NCBI GenBank assembly: GCA_964438885.1
Contig: CAYTMK010000001.1
Location: 15,876-79,875, forward strand
Direction of reading: 5' to 3'
DNA from: an uncultured Erysipelotrichaceae bacterium
Lineage (GTDB): Bacteria; Bacillota_I; Bacilli_A; Erysipelotrichales; Erysipelotrichaceae
Length of the DNA stretch: 64,000 nt
Below, in pieces: positions 10,694-20,213 of the stretch. Each line of letters starts with the position of its first letter. Position 1 is the stretch's first letter. The position numbers and the translations under genes are program-made. The notes below the pieces were generated by a model. It was not told the origin of the DNA. It did not search any database and saw only the letters and a program-made list of their open reading frames with translations.

Positions 10694-11902
10694 ATGAGTG
10701 AAAAAGCTTATATCGTTGGTGCCAAGAGAACGGCTATTGGCACATTCATGGGTTCTTTGAAGAATGTAACGCCTGCTGAAATGGGAGCTACAGTTTTAAA
10801 AGCCGCTCTTGAACAAGCCAATGTAAAACCAGATGAAGTCAGTGAAGTCATTATCGGTAACGTTATCTCCGCTGGTCTTGGTCAAAACATCGCTCGTCAT
10901 ATTTCTTTAGATGCGGGTATTCCTCAGACTGTTCCAGCACATTCCATCAACATGGTTTGTGGTTCTGGCTTAGAAGCTGTTATTGAAGCAGCGATTCGTA
11001 TTCGTGCGGGTTGGGGTAAAGTCTTTGTAGCTGGAGGCGTAGAAAATATGTCTGCTGCTCCTTATCTCATCAGTGGTAAAAACCGTCAAGGTGTAAAAAT
11101 GGGCAACCAAACTATCGTTGATTCCATGGTTTACGATGCATTGACCGATGCGATGAACAATGTTCATATGGGTGTAACGGCTGAAAACATTGCGAAAAAA
11201 TATGACATCACGCGCGAAATGCAAGATGAGTTTGCCTTAGCATCTCAAGAAAAAGCACTTGCGGCCATTGCAGAAGGCAAATTCAAAGATGAAATCGTTC
11301 CCATCGAAATCAAAGAACGTAAGAAAACCATCGTATTTGATACCGATGAACATCCAAGACAAACGTCTATGGAATTGCTTGCCAAATTGCGTCCTGCTTT
11401 CATCAAAGATGGCACCGTAACTGCTGGTAACGCTTCAGGTATCAATGATGGCGCTTCGATGTGTATTGTTGCTTCCGAATCCGCTGTAAAAGAATACGAT
11501 CTCAAACCAATTGCTGAAATCGTGGCGTTTGGTCAAGGTGGTGTGGATCCTTTAACAATGGGTCTTGGTCCTACGCCTGCTATTCTTAACGCTTTGAAAA
11601 ATGCAGATATGACTTTGGACCAAATGCAATTGATCGAGCTCAATGAAGCTTTTGCTTCTCAATCTCTTGGCGTGATCCATGAATTGATTGAAAATACGGG
11701 CATTGATCGTGAAGCGTTGATGTCCATTACCAACGTCAATGGTGGAGCGATCGCTCTTGGCCATCCTGTTGGTGCATCCGGTAACCGCATTTTAGTTTCC
11801 TTATTGTATGAAATGCAAAAACGGCATTTAACCTATGGTTTAGCCTCCCTTTGCATCGGTGGTGGTATGGGTGTAGCCGTTATCGTTAAAATGTGTGAAT
11901 AG
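10694..11902 (+). CDS. thl: Acetyl-CoA acetyltransferase (thiolase)
   Basis: NMVCGSG, NEAFA, GHPVGASG, LCIGGGMG. Confidence 0.95.
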   Translation: MSEKAYIVGAKRTAIGTFMGSLKNVTPAEMGATVLKAALEQANVKPDEVSEVIIGNVISAGLGQNIARHISLDAGIPQTVPAHSINMVCGSGLEAVIEAAIRIRAGWGKVFVAGGVENMSAAPYLISGKNRQGVKMGNQTIVDSMVYDALTDAMNNVHMGVTAENIAKKYDITREMQDEFALASQEKALAAIAEGKFKDEIVPIEIKERKKTIVFDTDEHPRQTSMELLAKLRPAFIKDGTVTAGNASGINDGASMCIVASESAVKEYDLKPIAEIVAFGQGGVDPLTMGLGPTPAILNALKNADMTLDQMQLIELNEAFASQSLGVIHELIENTGIDREALMSITNVNGGAIALGHPVGASGNRILVSLLYEMQKRHLTYGLASLCIGGGMGVAVIVKMCE

Positions 11903-11962
11903 TTTTCTTCGAATTAAAACGACACTTAAATAGAACCAGGCCACTAGGCCTAATCTCTAATA

Positions 11963-11999
11963 AAAAAAGAAGGGACTGAGTCGACTCAGTCCCTTTTTT
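11963..11999. terminator. Palindromic terminator after thl
   Basis: AAGGGACTGAGTCGACTCAGTCCCTT with flanking A and T runs. Confidence 0.75.
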
Positions 12000-12189
12000 G
12001 TCTTTGGCTAAAAAAAGTAAATTAAATTCATTCCCAATTGGTCTATAAAAAGGTTTATTTTACTAAATGACACGGTGTCAGTTTTCTTAATTCTAGATCG
12101 AATTTCTCTTGAATTTTTTTGAAAGAAATTTGATAAGAAAAAAGAGCTATAGACTTTTTAAGTCTTCTAGCCCATAAGGAGAAGCCAAT

Positions 12190-12285
12190 ATGAGCAAAAA
12201 AAACATTGGAGCGACACTCCCTGTCCTGTCATCGTAGTAGGGACTTTAGTCAATGGCAAACCCACATGGACCGTTGCTTTTCCTT
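12190..12285 (+). pseudogene. Remnant 5' end of a flavin reductase-like gene
   Basis: RBS plus MSKKNIGATL, then frameshifted PCPVIVVGTLVNGKPTWTVA; truncated. Confidence 0.55.
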
Positions 12286-12338
12286 AACTAAAATAACTAA
12301 TAGTATGCTTATTAACTATTTATAGTTTGATACCCAAT

Positions 12339-12706
12339 GGAGTTACCAAATAAATAGAAAAACACTGACCAAAATGTTTAAATGTTACATATCTCTAAGG
12401 AAGTTATGAGTAAAACCTAAAGACTGAAAAGATAGGCGTTTCAGTCAAAACGTAACAGAGGGGGACGAAGAAATTGCTCAAAAGCTATAAGACAGAGATT
12501 TTTCCCACTTCTCAACAGAAACATAATATTCATAGAACAATTGGCATATGCTTGTCTATAACTTTTAAAAGTAAGTACCGTAGGCTATACGGGAATAAAC
12601 GCCTGTGGACTGTAGAAGAACTTGTGAGTAGGTTGTTATAATCGAAAGCATACAGGAAGAAGCAGGACTCAATATGGATATTTATGTCTATATTTTGAGT
12701 AGCAGA
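12339..12706 (+). mobile_element. Miniature non-autonomous IS607-family element (left end, tnpA/tnpB 5' scraps, omega-RNA right end)
   Basis: Collinear with the reverse complement of 35046-36781: GGAGTTA left end, ATGAGTAAAACCTAAAGA, tnpB start LKSYKTEIFP, and a near-identical right end GTACCGTAGG...AGCAG. Confidence 0.85.
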
Positions 12707-13819
12707 TGATTGAACTTTTTTATGATCTAAATTTATGTTTATGCGATCTCTCAACTGACTAAGCTTATTGAAACACCAAAAGGAGGAATGATTCCCCCTT
12801 TTGGATTTTTTCATTATTTAGTTATGTGTTTTACTATTTTGCAAGCAGGGCTTTATTTGACAAATTATATCAATCGATATGGAACTTGGAAGTGGTACGA
12901 ATACGCTTTGACGATCATCAACATGATTGCCACCATTTATATGGTCAATATGATTGAGCTGGATTTGGAAAAATGGCCTCGGTTTTCAATCTTTCCATGC
13001 TGATCATGTTGCTTTGTGTCGCAGCGATGTAGGCCATTCAAATGCTCAAACAAGAACAAGATCTAGGGGCAGCCAAAAATATTTTGATTAATTTATCTTT
13101 GGTATGTCCTCTTTATTTTTTCGCTTTTTTAGCTTCAATCTTCCAACTCCATCACTTGATATTCTGGATGGATGCGATCGCGGTTTTAGCGGGCGCTTTT
13201 TGCCGACCCTTATTCGCGGAAACTTCGATATTCAAATCATCAGTTTCCCTCATCTAGCTGAGCGCTTCGACCTGATGATTATCATTACGTTTGGAGAAGC
13301 GGTTGTGGAGATGACGGAATACTTTGATGTAACTCACTTTACAATCCAACCTATTCTCGTTTTTGGACTTATTTTAGGTCTCTTTGGATGTTATACCATT
13401 CAGCTTCACGATTTAGCCAATCGTCATAGAGTAGATCGATCTTTACGGCTTATCTATACGCATTACTTCATGATTATCGCAATCAATCTTATAACAGTTG
13501 CGATTGAGCTTTTAGAAAATCCAAGTTCCAACAGGTTCTTTGTAGCTCTTTTAATGATCGGTTCTATGACTCTATTTTTTGCTTCTTTATACTTAGATAG
13601 TGCCTATTATCATAAAGGTTTCACTTTTACCAAATGGGATGGAATAATTGCCCTATTGAGTTTAGCTCTAAGTGGTTTGATCATGGTTTTAGGAAAAGAG
13701 AAGGAATTCCTCTTATTGGGGCTTTTATTGGAACTCTAGGGAATTTTGGAATGTTATTGTGGAAAGAAAAAAGAGAAACAATAAAAGCAGTCTTAGAAAA
13801 TCTTTCTATCAGTGGATAG
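12706..13819 (+). pseudogene. Low temperature requirement protein A (LtrA family) pseudogene
   Basis: MIELFYDL..VYAISQLT, YLTNYINRYG and FPHLAERFDLMIIITFGEAV are spread over several frames with stops. Confidence 0.8.
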
Positions 13820-13980
13820 GAGGATTTTCTTTTTCTTAGCAACTTCTTCAAAGAAATAAGATTAACCGACTAGTCCAGTGCTACAGCTTCATGAAATCTT
13901 TCTGTTTAACTACTTCATAGAAACGAAAATTTCTTAAAGTGATTTCTTAAGGAAGTGGCCATCTTGGTCACTTCTTTCTT

Positions 13981-14034
13981 TTAATTACTTTTTTAATACT
14001 TTATTTTAAATACTCTTTTATATAAATACTTTTA
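13981..14034. repeat. AT-rich short repeats (DUE-like) next to the iterons
   Basis: ttaattactttt / ttaatactttat / ttaaatactctt / ataaatactttt at a 12-16 bp spacing. Confidence 0.5.
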
Positions 14035-14094
14035 GAGCCTTCAGAGGAAAGTGATTTTTACTTTATTTAAAGAGAATATTAGTCATTAAAAAAT

Positions 14095-14353
14095 CTACGG
14101 ACGTACACTTTGAATCCAACGAGCGTACAGTTTAAATCCTACGGACGTACGCTTTGAATCCACGGGCGTACAGTTTAAATCCTACGGACGTACGCTTTGA
14201 ATCTACGGGCGTACAGTTTAAATCCTACAGACGTATACTTTGAATCCACGGACGTACAGTTTAAATCCTACGGACGTACACTTTGAATCCACGGGCGTAC
14301 ACTTTAAATCCTATGGACGTACGCTTTGAATCCACGGGCGTACACTTTAAATC
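14095..14353 (+). repeat. Iteron-like tandem array, 12 units alternating 22/21 bp (43-bp dimer)
   Basis: A unit CTACGGACGTACRCTTTGAATC and B unit CACGGGCGTACASTTTAAATC, six AB pairs with no spacers (first B unit is 22 bp); ends 107 bp upstream of rep. Confidence 0.9.
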
Positions 14354-14412
14354 CCTTCAATATTCTGTTTTAATCTACTCAATATTCCTTTTTTTAAGAT
14401 GATCTCTTGAGT

Positions 14413-14460
14413 TAACGGAGGAACTCTTTTAATCCGTTAGTGCCATGCTAAAGTAAAAAT
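14413..14460 (+). promoter_or_regulatory. rep promoter with inverted-repeat operator; probably leaderless
   Basis: TAACGGA-N13-TCCGTTA (14413-14439); extended -10 TGcTAAAGT (14446-14454) six nt before ATG; no SD next to the ATG. Confidence 0.5.
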
Positions 14461-15441
14461 ATGAGTAATGACCAAAAAAAGCATTATGAAATTATTCAAT
14501 ATGGGAATCCTTTCAATGCCCTAGACCTTTCTGAATTTCGAGTGGTAGAAAATCGATTTCTAATGGCTTTTCTTTACAAATGTAGAGATCGAAAACCAGA
14601 AGAAGAGGTGGTGATGACAAAAGAAGATCTTTTGGGCTTAGAAGTCTATCAACCTAATACGAAGATTACACCGCGTCAATTTAAACGCGATCTTATTTCT
14701 ACTCTAAAAAAATGTAGCGCCCTTTCTTTTCATTCCATTGCCGCTTGGGATGGAAAAGTCCCCAATAAAGGAATTTTAGTTCCCTTGTTTAGTTTTATTG
14801 ACTATAACTTTACTGATGAAGTGATTATTCGGTTTGCGGTAAGTCCTTATGCCGAGAAATATCTTTCTAATGTATTACGTGAATTTACACTTTTTCCTCT
14901 TCACGAATTTCAACAGCTCGGCAGTTGGTATAGTCAAATACTGTATCGAATTTTTAAACAATTTCGAAAAACCGGATTTTGGAAGGTAAGAAAACAGGAT
15001 TTCATCGAGCTCTTAGCCATTCCACCTTCCTATCACGAGGGATTGATCAATGCGCGTATCATCAAGCCCGCTATTGAAGAATTAAAAGACCTTTTTCCCA
15101 ATTTGTTTTGTAAGAAAAATATGACTTTAGTAGGAAGAAACTACCAAGTCAGTTCTTATGAATTTCATTGGGAGATTGACGATAAAGATTTTTTGGAATG
15201 GATTTATCCTTCAGGGACCGTTTTACATGAATTCGAATTGGAATTTCAAAGAAGACTGTCTCCTTTAGAAGAGAAGAAAATTATAGAACTTGAAACGATG
15301 TATGGAACGATCCCTTTAAATTTAGCCTTGGATGAAGCAGCCGCCTATGATAAACCTTATTTGGGATACATTGAGAGTCTTTTAAAAGCTTGGAAAGAAA
15401 AAGGATTAACAGTCCAAGAACTTGAAAAGGGAAAACGATAA
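14461..15441 (+). CDS. Rep_3 (RepB-type) replication initiator with C-terminal DnaD-like domain
   Basis: Rep_3 motifs YGNPFNAL, EFTLFPLHEFQQLGSWYSQILYRIFKQFRKTG, RIIKPAIEEL. C-terminal EFQRRLSPLE...ALDEAAAYDKPYLGYIESLLKAWKEKG resembles DnaD. Confidence 0.85.
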   Translation: MSNDQKKHYEIIQYGNPFNALDLSEFRVVENRFLMAFLYKCRDRKPEEEVVMTKEDLLGLEVYQPNTKITPRQFKRDLISTLKKCSALSFHSIAAWDGKVPNKGILVPLFSFIDYNFTDEVIIRFAVSPYAEKYLSNVLREFTLFPLHEFQQLGSWYSQILYRIFKQFRKTGFWKVRKQDFIELLAIPPSYHEGLINARIIKPAIEELKDLFPNLFCKKNMTLVGRNYQVSSYEFHWEIDDKDFLEWIYPSGTVLHEFELEFQRRLSPLEEKKIIELETMYGTIPLNLALDEAAAYDKPYLGYIESLLKAWKEKGLTVQELEKGKR

Positions 15442-15616
15442 AAACGGTAAACTAGATTGAGAAAAAACGGTTCATACCTGCTCTTAAAAAGAGTTTATAG
15501 AGAAGATAATCGAATAAAAGGATGTAAATCGTTTCCGTGAGATGGAGTAAAAGAGGAACCTTGCTCCTAGGTTTCCTAAGAAAAAGAGCCGTTAGAAGTC
15601 TTCTAACAGCTCTTTT

Positions 15617-17128
15617 TTAGGCTTTATTTTTAAGATGCTCTTGAGCAAGTTCCCGTAGCCCTGTAAAGACCAATTCGCTGACATCTTCCACAAAGACTAG
15701 TTCTGGAATAAGACGCTCGGGAAGAAACATTCTTAAATGGTTATGAACCTCTTGCATATTGCTTACCATCGGGGTACGCATCACAAAGACCTCTGGGCCG
15801 AGTAAAGAAATAGCAGGCAACATATTGGCGGTCACAATTTCCATTTGACCGGATTCCGTTTTGGCAAGTTGTTTTAAAGGGCCAGAAAACTGCATGCGCT
15901 CTAAAAAATACTTGCTTTCACCGGCTACACCTTCTTTACCGATGATCAAATGACCATGAATGACGCTTCCTATTCCCCCTCCAATAGAGCCATAAGGCTG
16001 AGATAACATGACAATGTTTTGATATTCAGGATGCATTTTGGCAAAGCCATAACAGGCTGCATTTACGCCATTCACTAAGAAGCAAGGAATGTGAAACATT
16101 TCTTCTAAATTTTTACGTAACTGTTTGCCTTTTAAGCGAAGCTTAGAATGTTTTCCAAATTCAACCTTATCTCCTGAAATTTCACCAGGCATCGCAATCG
16201 AGATGAGATCACAATGGGCTACTCCAGAAAGGCAGTATTCGATCTCTCCCCGTAAACCCGTCATCGTAAGATTAGGATGCAAGGAGATTTCATCTAAAAT
16301 AAGTTGGCCATGATCCCGTAAACGCATTCGCATTTTGATTTGATTGTAATCAAATAACATCATAATTTGTAAGATGACATAGTCTTCAAGAGAGGGACAA
16401 GAGGGATAATTTTGAAGAGAACTGGCTTGTTTTTCTTCTTCATTCAGTTTTTCTTTTTGACGCTCTTTAAGAGTATGGGTAATAAAATCAAGAAGTTCGG
16501 CTACATTGTTGGACGTAAACATTTTAGTGGGTATGGGAATAATTGGTTTATTGGGAATAGCAATTTCCAATTTTTTTTGTAGATACCGAATTTGAGGAGC
16601 GATGAGAATCATGTCAGCCTTTTGTGCTTTTTCATACAATAAAAAATAGGAAGTGGCATCAAATTCATAATCTAGTCCCATCAATTGAGCCGCCTGATTG
16701 AGTTTCTCGGCTAAAAATCCGGTAGTAGCTCCCGAGGTGCAGGAAAGTAAAATATGAAGAGTATGTTCATCCTTTAAGGAAAGCAAAATCTCTTCCATTT
16801 CTCGATAGAGACTCACCGCATGCTCCTTGTCCAGGACTTGAAAATGTAAGTAATAGCGCAATTCATCATCTCGCTTGCGGATAATCGACATTTCAGCAAT
16901 ATTGCCTAAGTAAAATTTAATCTCTGTGCGTCCATAAGGTGTCTCGAGGAGGAAAAAATCAGGATTTTTTTGGTTGAGTGTATATCCTCGATCTTGTTGC
17001 TTTAAAATCCATTCTCGAAAATCAAAGGTCTCTTGAGCAGCTCCTTGTAAGATCTCTTCTTCGGCTTGAATGAGGACTTCGCTTTCGTTTGGCTCTTCTT
17101 TTTCCTTAAGCACTTCTTGATTGTCCAT
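15617..17128 (-). CDS. PTS EIIB (lactose/cellobiose type) fused to a ROK-family domain
   Basis: ILLSCTSGATTG and ILIAPQI (EIIB); ISIAMPG, NGVNAACYG, GGGIGSVIHG..GKEGVAGE (ROK). Confidence 0.7.
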   Translation of the reverse strand: MDNQEVLKEKEEPNESEVLIQAEEEILQGAAQETFDFREWILKQQDRGYTLNQKNPDFFLLETPYGRTEIKFYLGNIAEMSIIRKRDDELRYYLHFQVLDKEHAVSLYREMEEILLSLKDEHTLHILLSCTSGATTGFLAEKLNQAAQLMGLDYEFDATSYFLLYEKAQKADMILIAPQIRYLQKKLEIAIPNKPIIPIPTKMFTSNNVAELLDFITHTLKERQKEKLNEEEKQASSLQNYPSCPSLEDYVILQIMMLFDYNQIKMRMRLRDHGQLILDEISLHPNLTMTGLRGEIEYCLSGVAHCDLISIAMPGEISGDKVEFGKHSKLRLKGKQLRKNLEEMFHIPCFLVNGVNAACYGFAKMHPEYQNIVMLSQPYGSIGGGIGSVIHGHLIIGKEGVAGESKYFLERMQFSGPLKQLAKTESGQMEIVTANMLPAISLLGPEVFVMRTPMVSNMQEVHNHLRMFLPERLIPELVFVEDVSELVFTGLRELAQEHLKNKA

Positions 17129-17319
17129 TTTATTTTTCCTTCGCTTTTCTTAGAGTTTTTTATACCTTCTTTTGTTAGGTTCATTGTAGCAGTTCTCTTT
17201 GGGTCATGAAGATCGTTTTGAGGCCTTCACTTGAAAGATTGAGCAAGAAAAAAGAAAGTTGATCCCAAAGATTTTAAAGACTCTTTGTACAATGTGAAAA
17301 AGAAGAATTGGAGAAGAAT

Positions 17320-18780
17320 ATGAAGGAAACAATGTTGCAATTTTTTCAATGGTATACGCGTGCGGATGGATTTCAATACACTAGATTGCGCCGATTGGCC
17401 CCTAAACTTGGACGGATGGGCTATACCATGATTTGGCTACCGCCTGCCTATAAAGGAGCAGGAGGAAAAAAAGACAATGGATATGCACCTTATGATCTTT
17501 ACGACATTGGAGAATTTAACCAAAAGGGATCAGTAAGAACAAAATATGGTACGGTTAAACAATACAAAGCCGCCATTGAATCCTGTCATAAAGCTTCTAT
17601 TCAAGTCATTGCGGATATTGTCTTTAATCATCGAATGGGAGCCGATGAAGAAGAAATCGTTTTGGTACGGAATGTAGATCCACAAAATCGTACGGCCTTC
17701 TTAACAGCTCCTTATGCCACAAAAATTTATACGCGCTTTTTATTCCCCAATCGTAAAGGAAAGTACTCTTCTTTAATCTGGGATGCTTCTTTTTTTAAAG
17801 CGACGGATCGTAACTCTAAAAATCAGTATCAAATTATGCTCTTTGAAGGAAAAAAGTGGGATACAAAGGTTTCTCAAGAACAAGGAAACTTTGACTATAT
17901 TATGGGATTGGATGTGGATACCTTGGATCCAAAGGTAAAAGAAGCCTTAGAGACTTGGGGAATTTGGTATACCAATCGTTTTAGTATAGATGGCTATCGC
18001 TTAGATGCCATTAAATCCATTGATGCGACCTTTTTTACGAGTTGGCTTGCTACCATGCATTCTAAGACGACTGCCGGACCGTTTTCCGTAGGCGAATATT
18101 GGAGTGCTTCATTAGAGGATCTTAAAGAATACCTAGCTGATTGTAATTATTGTATGCGTCTTTTTGATGTGCCTCTTCACTATAATTTACACAATGCCTC
18201 TCGTTCTTCGGGAAATTACGATGTGCGCAATCTATTGAATGGAACGCTCTCTCAAGCGATGCCTGATTATGCCGTAGCGTTTGTGGACAATCATGATACC
18301 CAACCCACTCAAGCCCTGGAATCTTGGGTAATGGATTGGTTTAAAACCTCAGCTTATGCCCTGATCTTGCTTGGAGAATGCCAAGTTCCCTGCGTCTTTT
18401 TAGGCGATCTCCAAGGGATTTCAAAGACTAAAAATCCACCCGTTCCCTTACTAGAGGAAATGGTATGGATTCGAAAGCACTTATTAGAAGGTCCTTATGC
18501 CAATTTATGCGATCAAGATCCCCAAAAGTGCTGTTGGATGATGCTTGGGCCTCATCCTGTTTTAGTTCTCTTTACCATTGGTGGACCGAAAACGCGTACC
18601 ATTCGGTTTCCCCAATATGCTGGATGCTCGTTTGTAGACATCACACGATCCAATCAAATGGTTTCCTTGGATGAAAAAGGAGTAGGAACCTTTGATTGTC
18701 TAGGCGGCTGTTGTTCTATTTATCTTTTACCGCAAGATGCCAAACAAATGGAAAAAGCACTTGGCCATCGATGGTTTTAA
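17320..18780 (+). CDS. Cytoplasmic alpha-amylase (GH13)
   Basis: TMLQFFQWY, GYAPYDLYD, DIVFNH, DGYRLDA, GEYW, FVDNHD. Confidence 0.9.
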   Translation: MKETMLQFFQWYTRADGFQYTRLRRLAPKLGRMGYTMIWLPPAYKGAGGKKDNGYAPYDLYDIGEFNQKGSVRTKYGTVKQYKAAIESCHKASIQVIADIVFNHRMGADEEEIVLVRNVDPQNRTAFLTAPYATKIYTRFLFPNRKGKYSSLIWDASFFKATDRNSKNQYQIMLFEGKKWDTKVSQEQGNFDYIMGLDVDTLDPKVKEALETWGIWYTNRFSIDGYRLDAIKSIDATFFTSWLATMHSKTTAGPFSVGEYWSASLEDLKEYLADCNYCMRLFDVPLHYNLHNASRSSGNYDVRNLLNGTLSQAMPDYAVAFVDNHDTQPTQALESWVMDWFKTSAYALILLGECQVPCVFLGDLQGISKTKNPPVPLLEEMVWIRKHLLEGPYANLCDQDPQKCCWMMLGPHPVLVLFTIGGPKTRTIRFPQYAGCSFVDITRSNQMVSLDEKGVGTFDCLGGCCSIYLLPQDAKQMEKALGHRWF

Positions 18781-18849
18781 AAAAGCCAAAAGAAGGAATC
18801 ACTTCTTTTGGCTTTTTTAGTCTTTTCTTAAATTTTTGGATGTATTCTT

Positions 18850-20031
18850 TCATTTTTTTGCGGTACTAAAGTCGGAAGGAATGGGTAAAGACATTTTAAG
18901 ATTACTGAGATTAGCAGAACTTTTAGAGTCCTCTGAAGAATTCTCTTCAAGAGAAAGACCTTGAGTAGAGTCAGCTAAGGTAGGGGGAAGAGGGGGAATT
19001 TCTTCCCAAGAATCTTCTAAAGCATTTAGAGTTAAAGAAGGATCGTTATTTGGAATGATAGAATTTTTCTCTTTAGAATCTTGATTTTCTCTTGGAATAG
19101 TTTGAAGAGATTGTTCAAATTCCTTCGCTTTGGCTTTTCGTTGTTGGAATTCCAAAAGCACCGCATTGAATTCAGCTCCCATAATGAAAACGACTCCAGT
19201 AAGATAAAGCCACAATAAAAGGACAATAACGGCTCCAAGCGTCCCATACACCACGGAATAGGACGCATAATGCTCACTATAAAAGGAAAAAGCCATACCG
19301 GCAAGCACCCAAATAATGACTGCCGCAAAAGTTCCAGGAAGCAATTGTTTAAAATGGACTCCATGATTTAAGGACAACCGATAAATTGTTGCTAAAGCAA
19401 TGGTCATAATAAAAGCGGCTAACACAAAACGGGCATAGTTCCAAATCCAAAGTACGACATTTGAAAAATGAAAAGTATCGGGTGGGAACAATCCAATGAT
19501 ATCGAGAATCACTGTCCGTCCAATAATGATAGAAAAAAGAGAAACTAAAATCGATAAAGGGATAGTAATGGTACAAAAAAGTTCTCTCAATAAAAATGTA
19601 TAGGGCTTTTTAAGGTGATCTTGGCGAAAAGCTTTGCGAATATCATGCATTAATCCTTTAATGGCTCGCCAAGGAAAATAAATAGAAAACACAATGGCAA
19701 AATTCATGATGCTTTGATTGAAATCCGCTTGAATGTAATGCAAGTAACTCATGATGAGTTCGCTCATACTCTTGGGTAAAAAGCGAGATAGAGTATCGAA
19801 CACTGTATCCATATCAATGTTCATTTTAGAAATAATAGTTGATAACAAAATAACTAATGGAAAGACAGAAAATAACAGATAGTAGGCTAAAGCAGCACCA
19901 CGTACTCCCACACTATCGTGAAAGTAACGGAAGACAAGCTGAGCAAGGAGATTGTTATCAATAAAAGTCTGTATATGATATTTGACTTTATTGGTTCCAT
20001 TTTTAATTAAATTGGTCATTGTGATCCACAT
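18850..20031 (-). CDS. YihY/BrkB family membrane protein
   Basis: AALAYYLLFSVFP, YGTLGAVIVLLLWLY...GAEFNA. Confidence 0.85.
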   Translation of the reverse strand: MWITMTNLIKNGTNKVKYHIQTFIDNNLLAQLVFRYFHDSVGVRGAALAYYLLFSVFPLVILLSTIISKMNIDMDTVFDTLSRFLPKSMSELIMSYLHYIQADFNQSIMNFAIVFSIYFPWRAIKGLMHDIRKAFRQDHLKKPYTFLLRELFCTITIPLSILVSLFSIIIGRTVILDIIGLFPPDTFHFSNVVLWIWNYARFVLAAFIMTIALATIYRLSLNHGVHFKQLLPGTFAAVIIWVLAGMAFSFYSEHYASYSVVYGTLGAVIVLLLWLYLTGVVFIMGAEFNAVLLEFQQRKAKAKEFEQSLQTIPRENQDSKEKNSIIPNNDPSLTLNALEDSWEEIPPLPPTLADSTQGLSLEENSSEDSKSSANLSNLKMSLPIPSDFSTAKK

Positions 20032-20213
20032 TAATCTTTCTTTCTAGAGGAAAATAAAAACTTTGTTGTTATCATTATGCCTTGATCGGATTCATTTGAA
20101 ACAAAGAGAAACCCAGACTTTATGACATAAGTGTAAGTCACAAAAAGAAGAATTCTTATGTTTTCATAAAAAAAAGTAAGGCTTCTTTTAGAGAAGACCT
20201 TACTTCTTTGATC

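Noticed and set aside
3945-11764. Many short antisense or overlapping ORFs in the track (also elsewhere, e.g. 25184-25633, 42321-42653, 53373-53768)
   Set aside because: Shadow ORFs of well-supported genes, without RBS or recognisable motifs.
12068-12080. TGACAC-g-GTGTCA palindrome as a TetR-type operator
   Set aside because: Short, no regulator nearby, and the downstream gene is a remnant; cannot be supported further.
12530-12814. 94-aa minus-strand ORF
   Set aside because: Antisense to the IS607 miniature and the ltrA pseudogene; no coding features.
14095-14353. Tandem array as a CRISPR
   Set aside because: Units are contiguous with no unique spacers, and the position before a Rep gene fits iterons.
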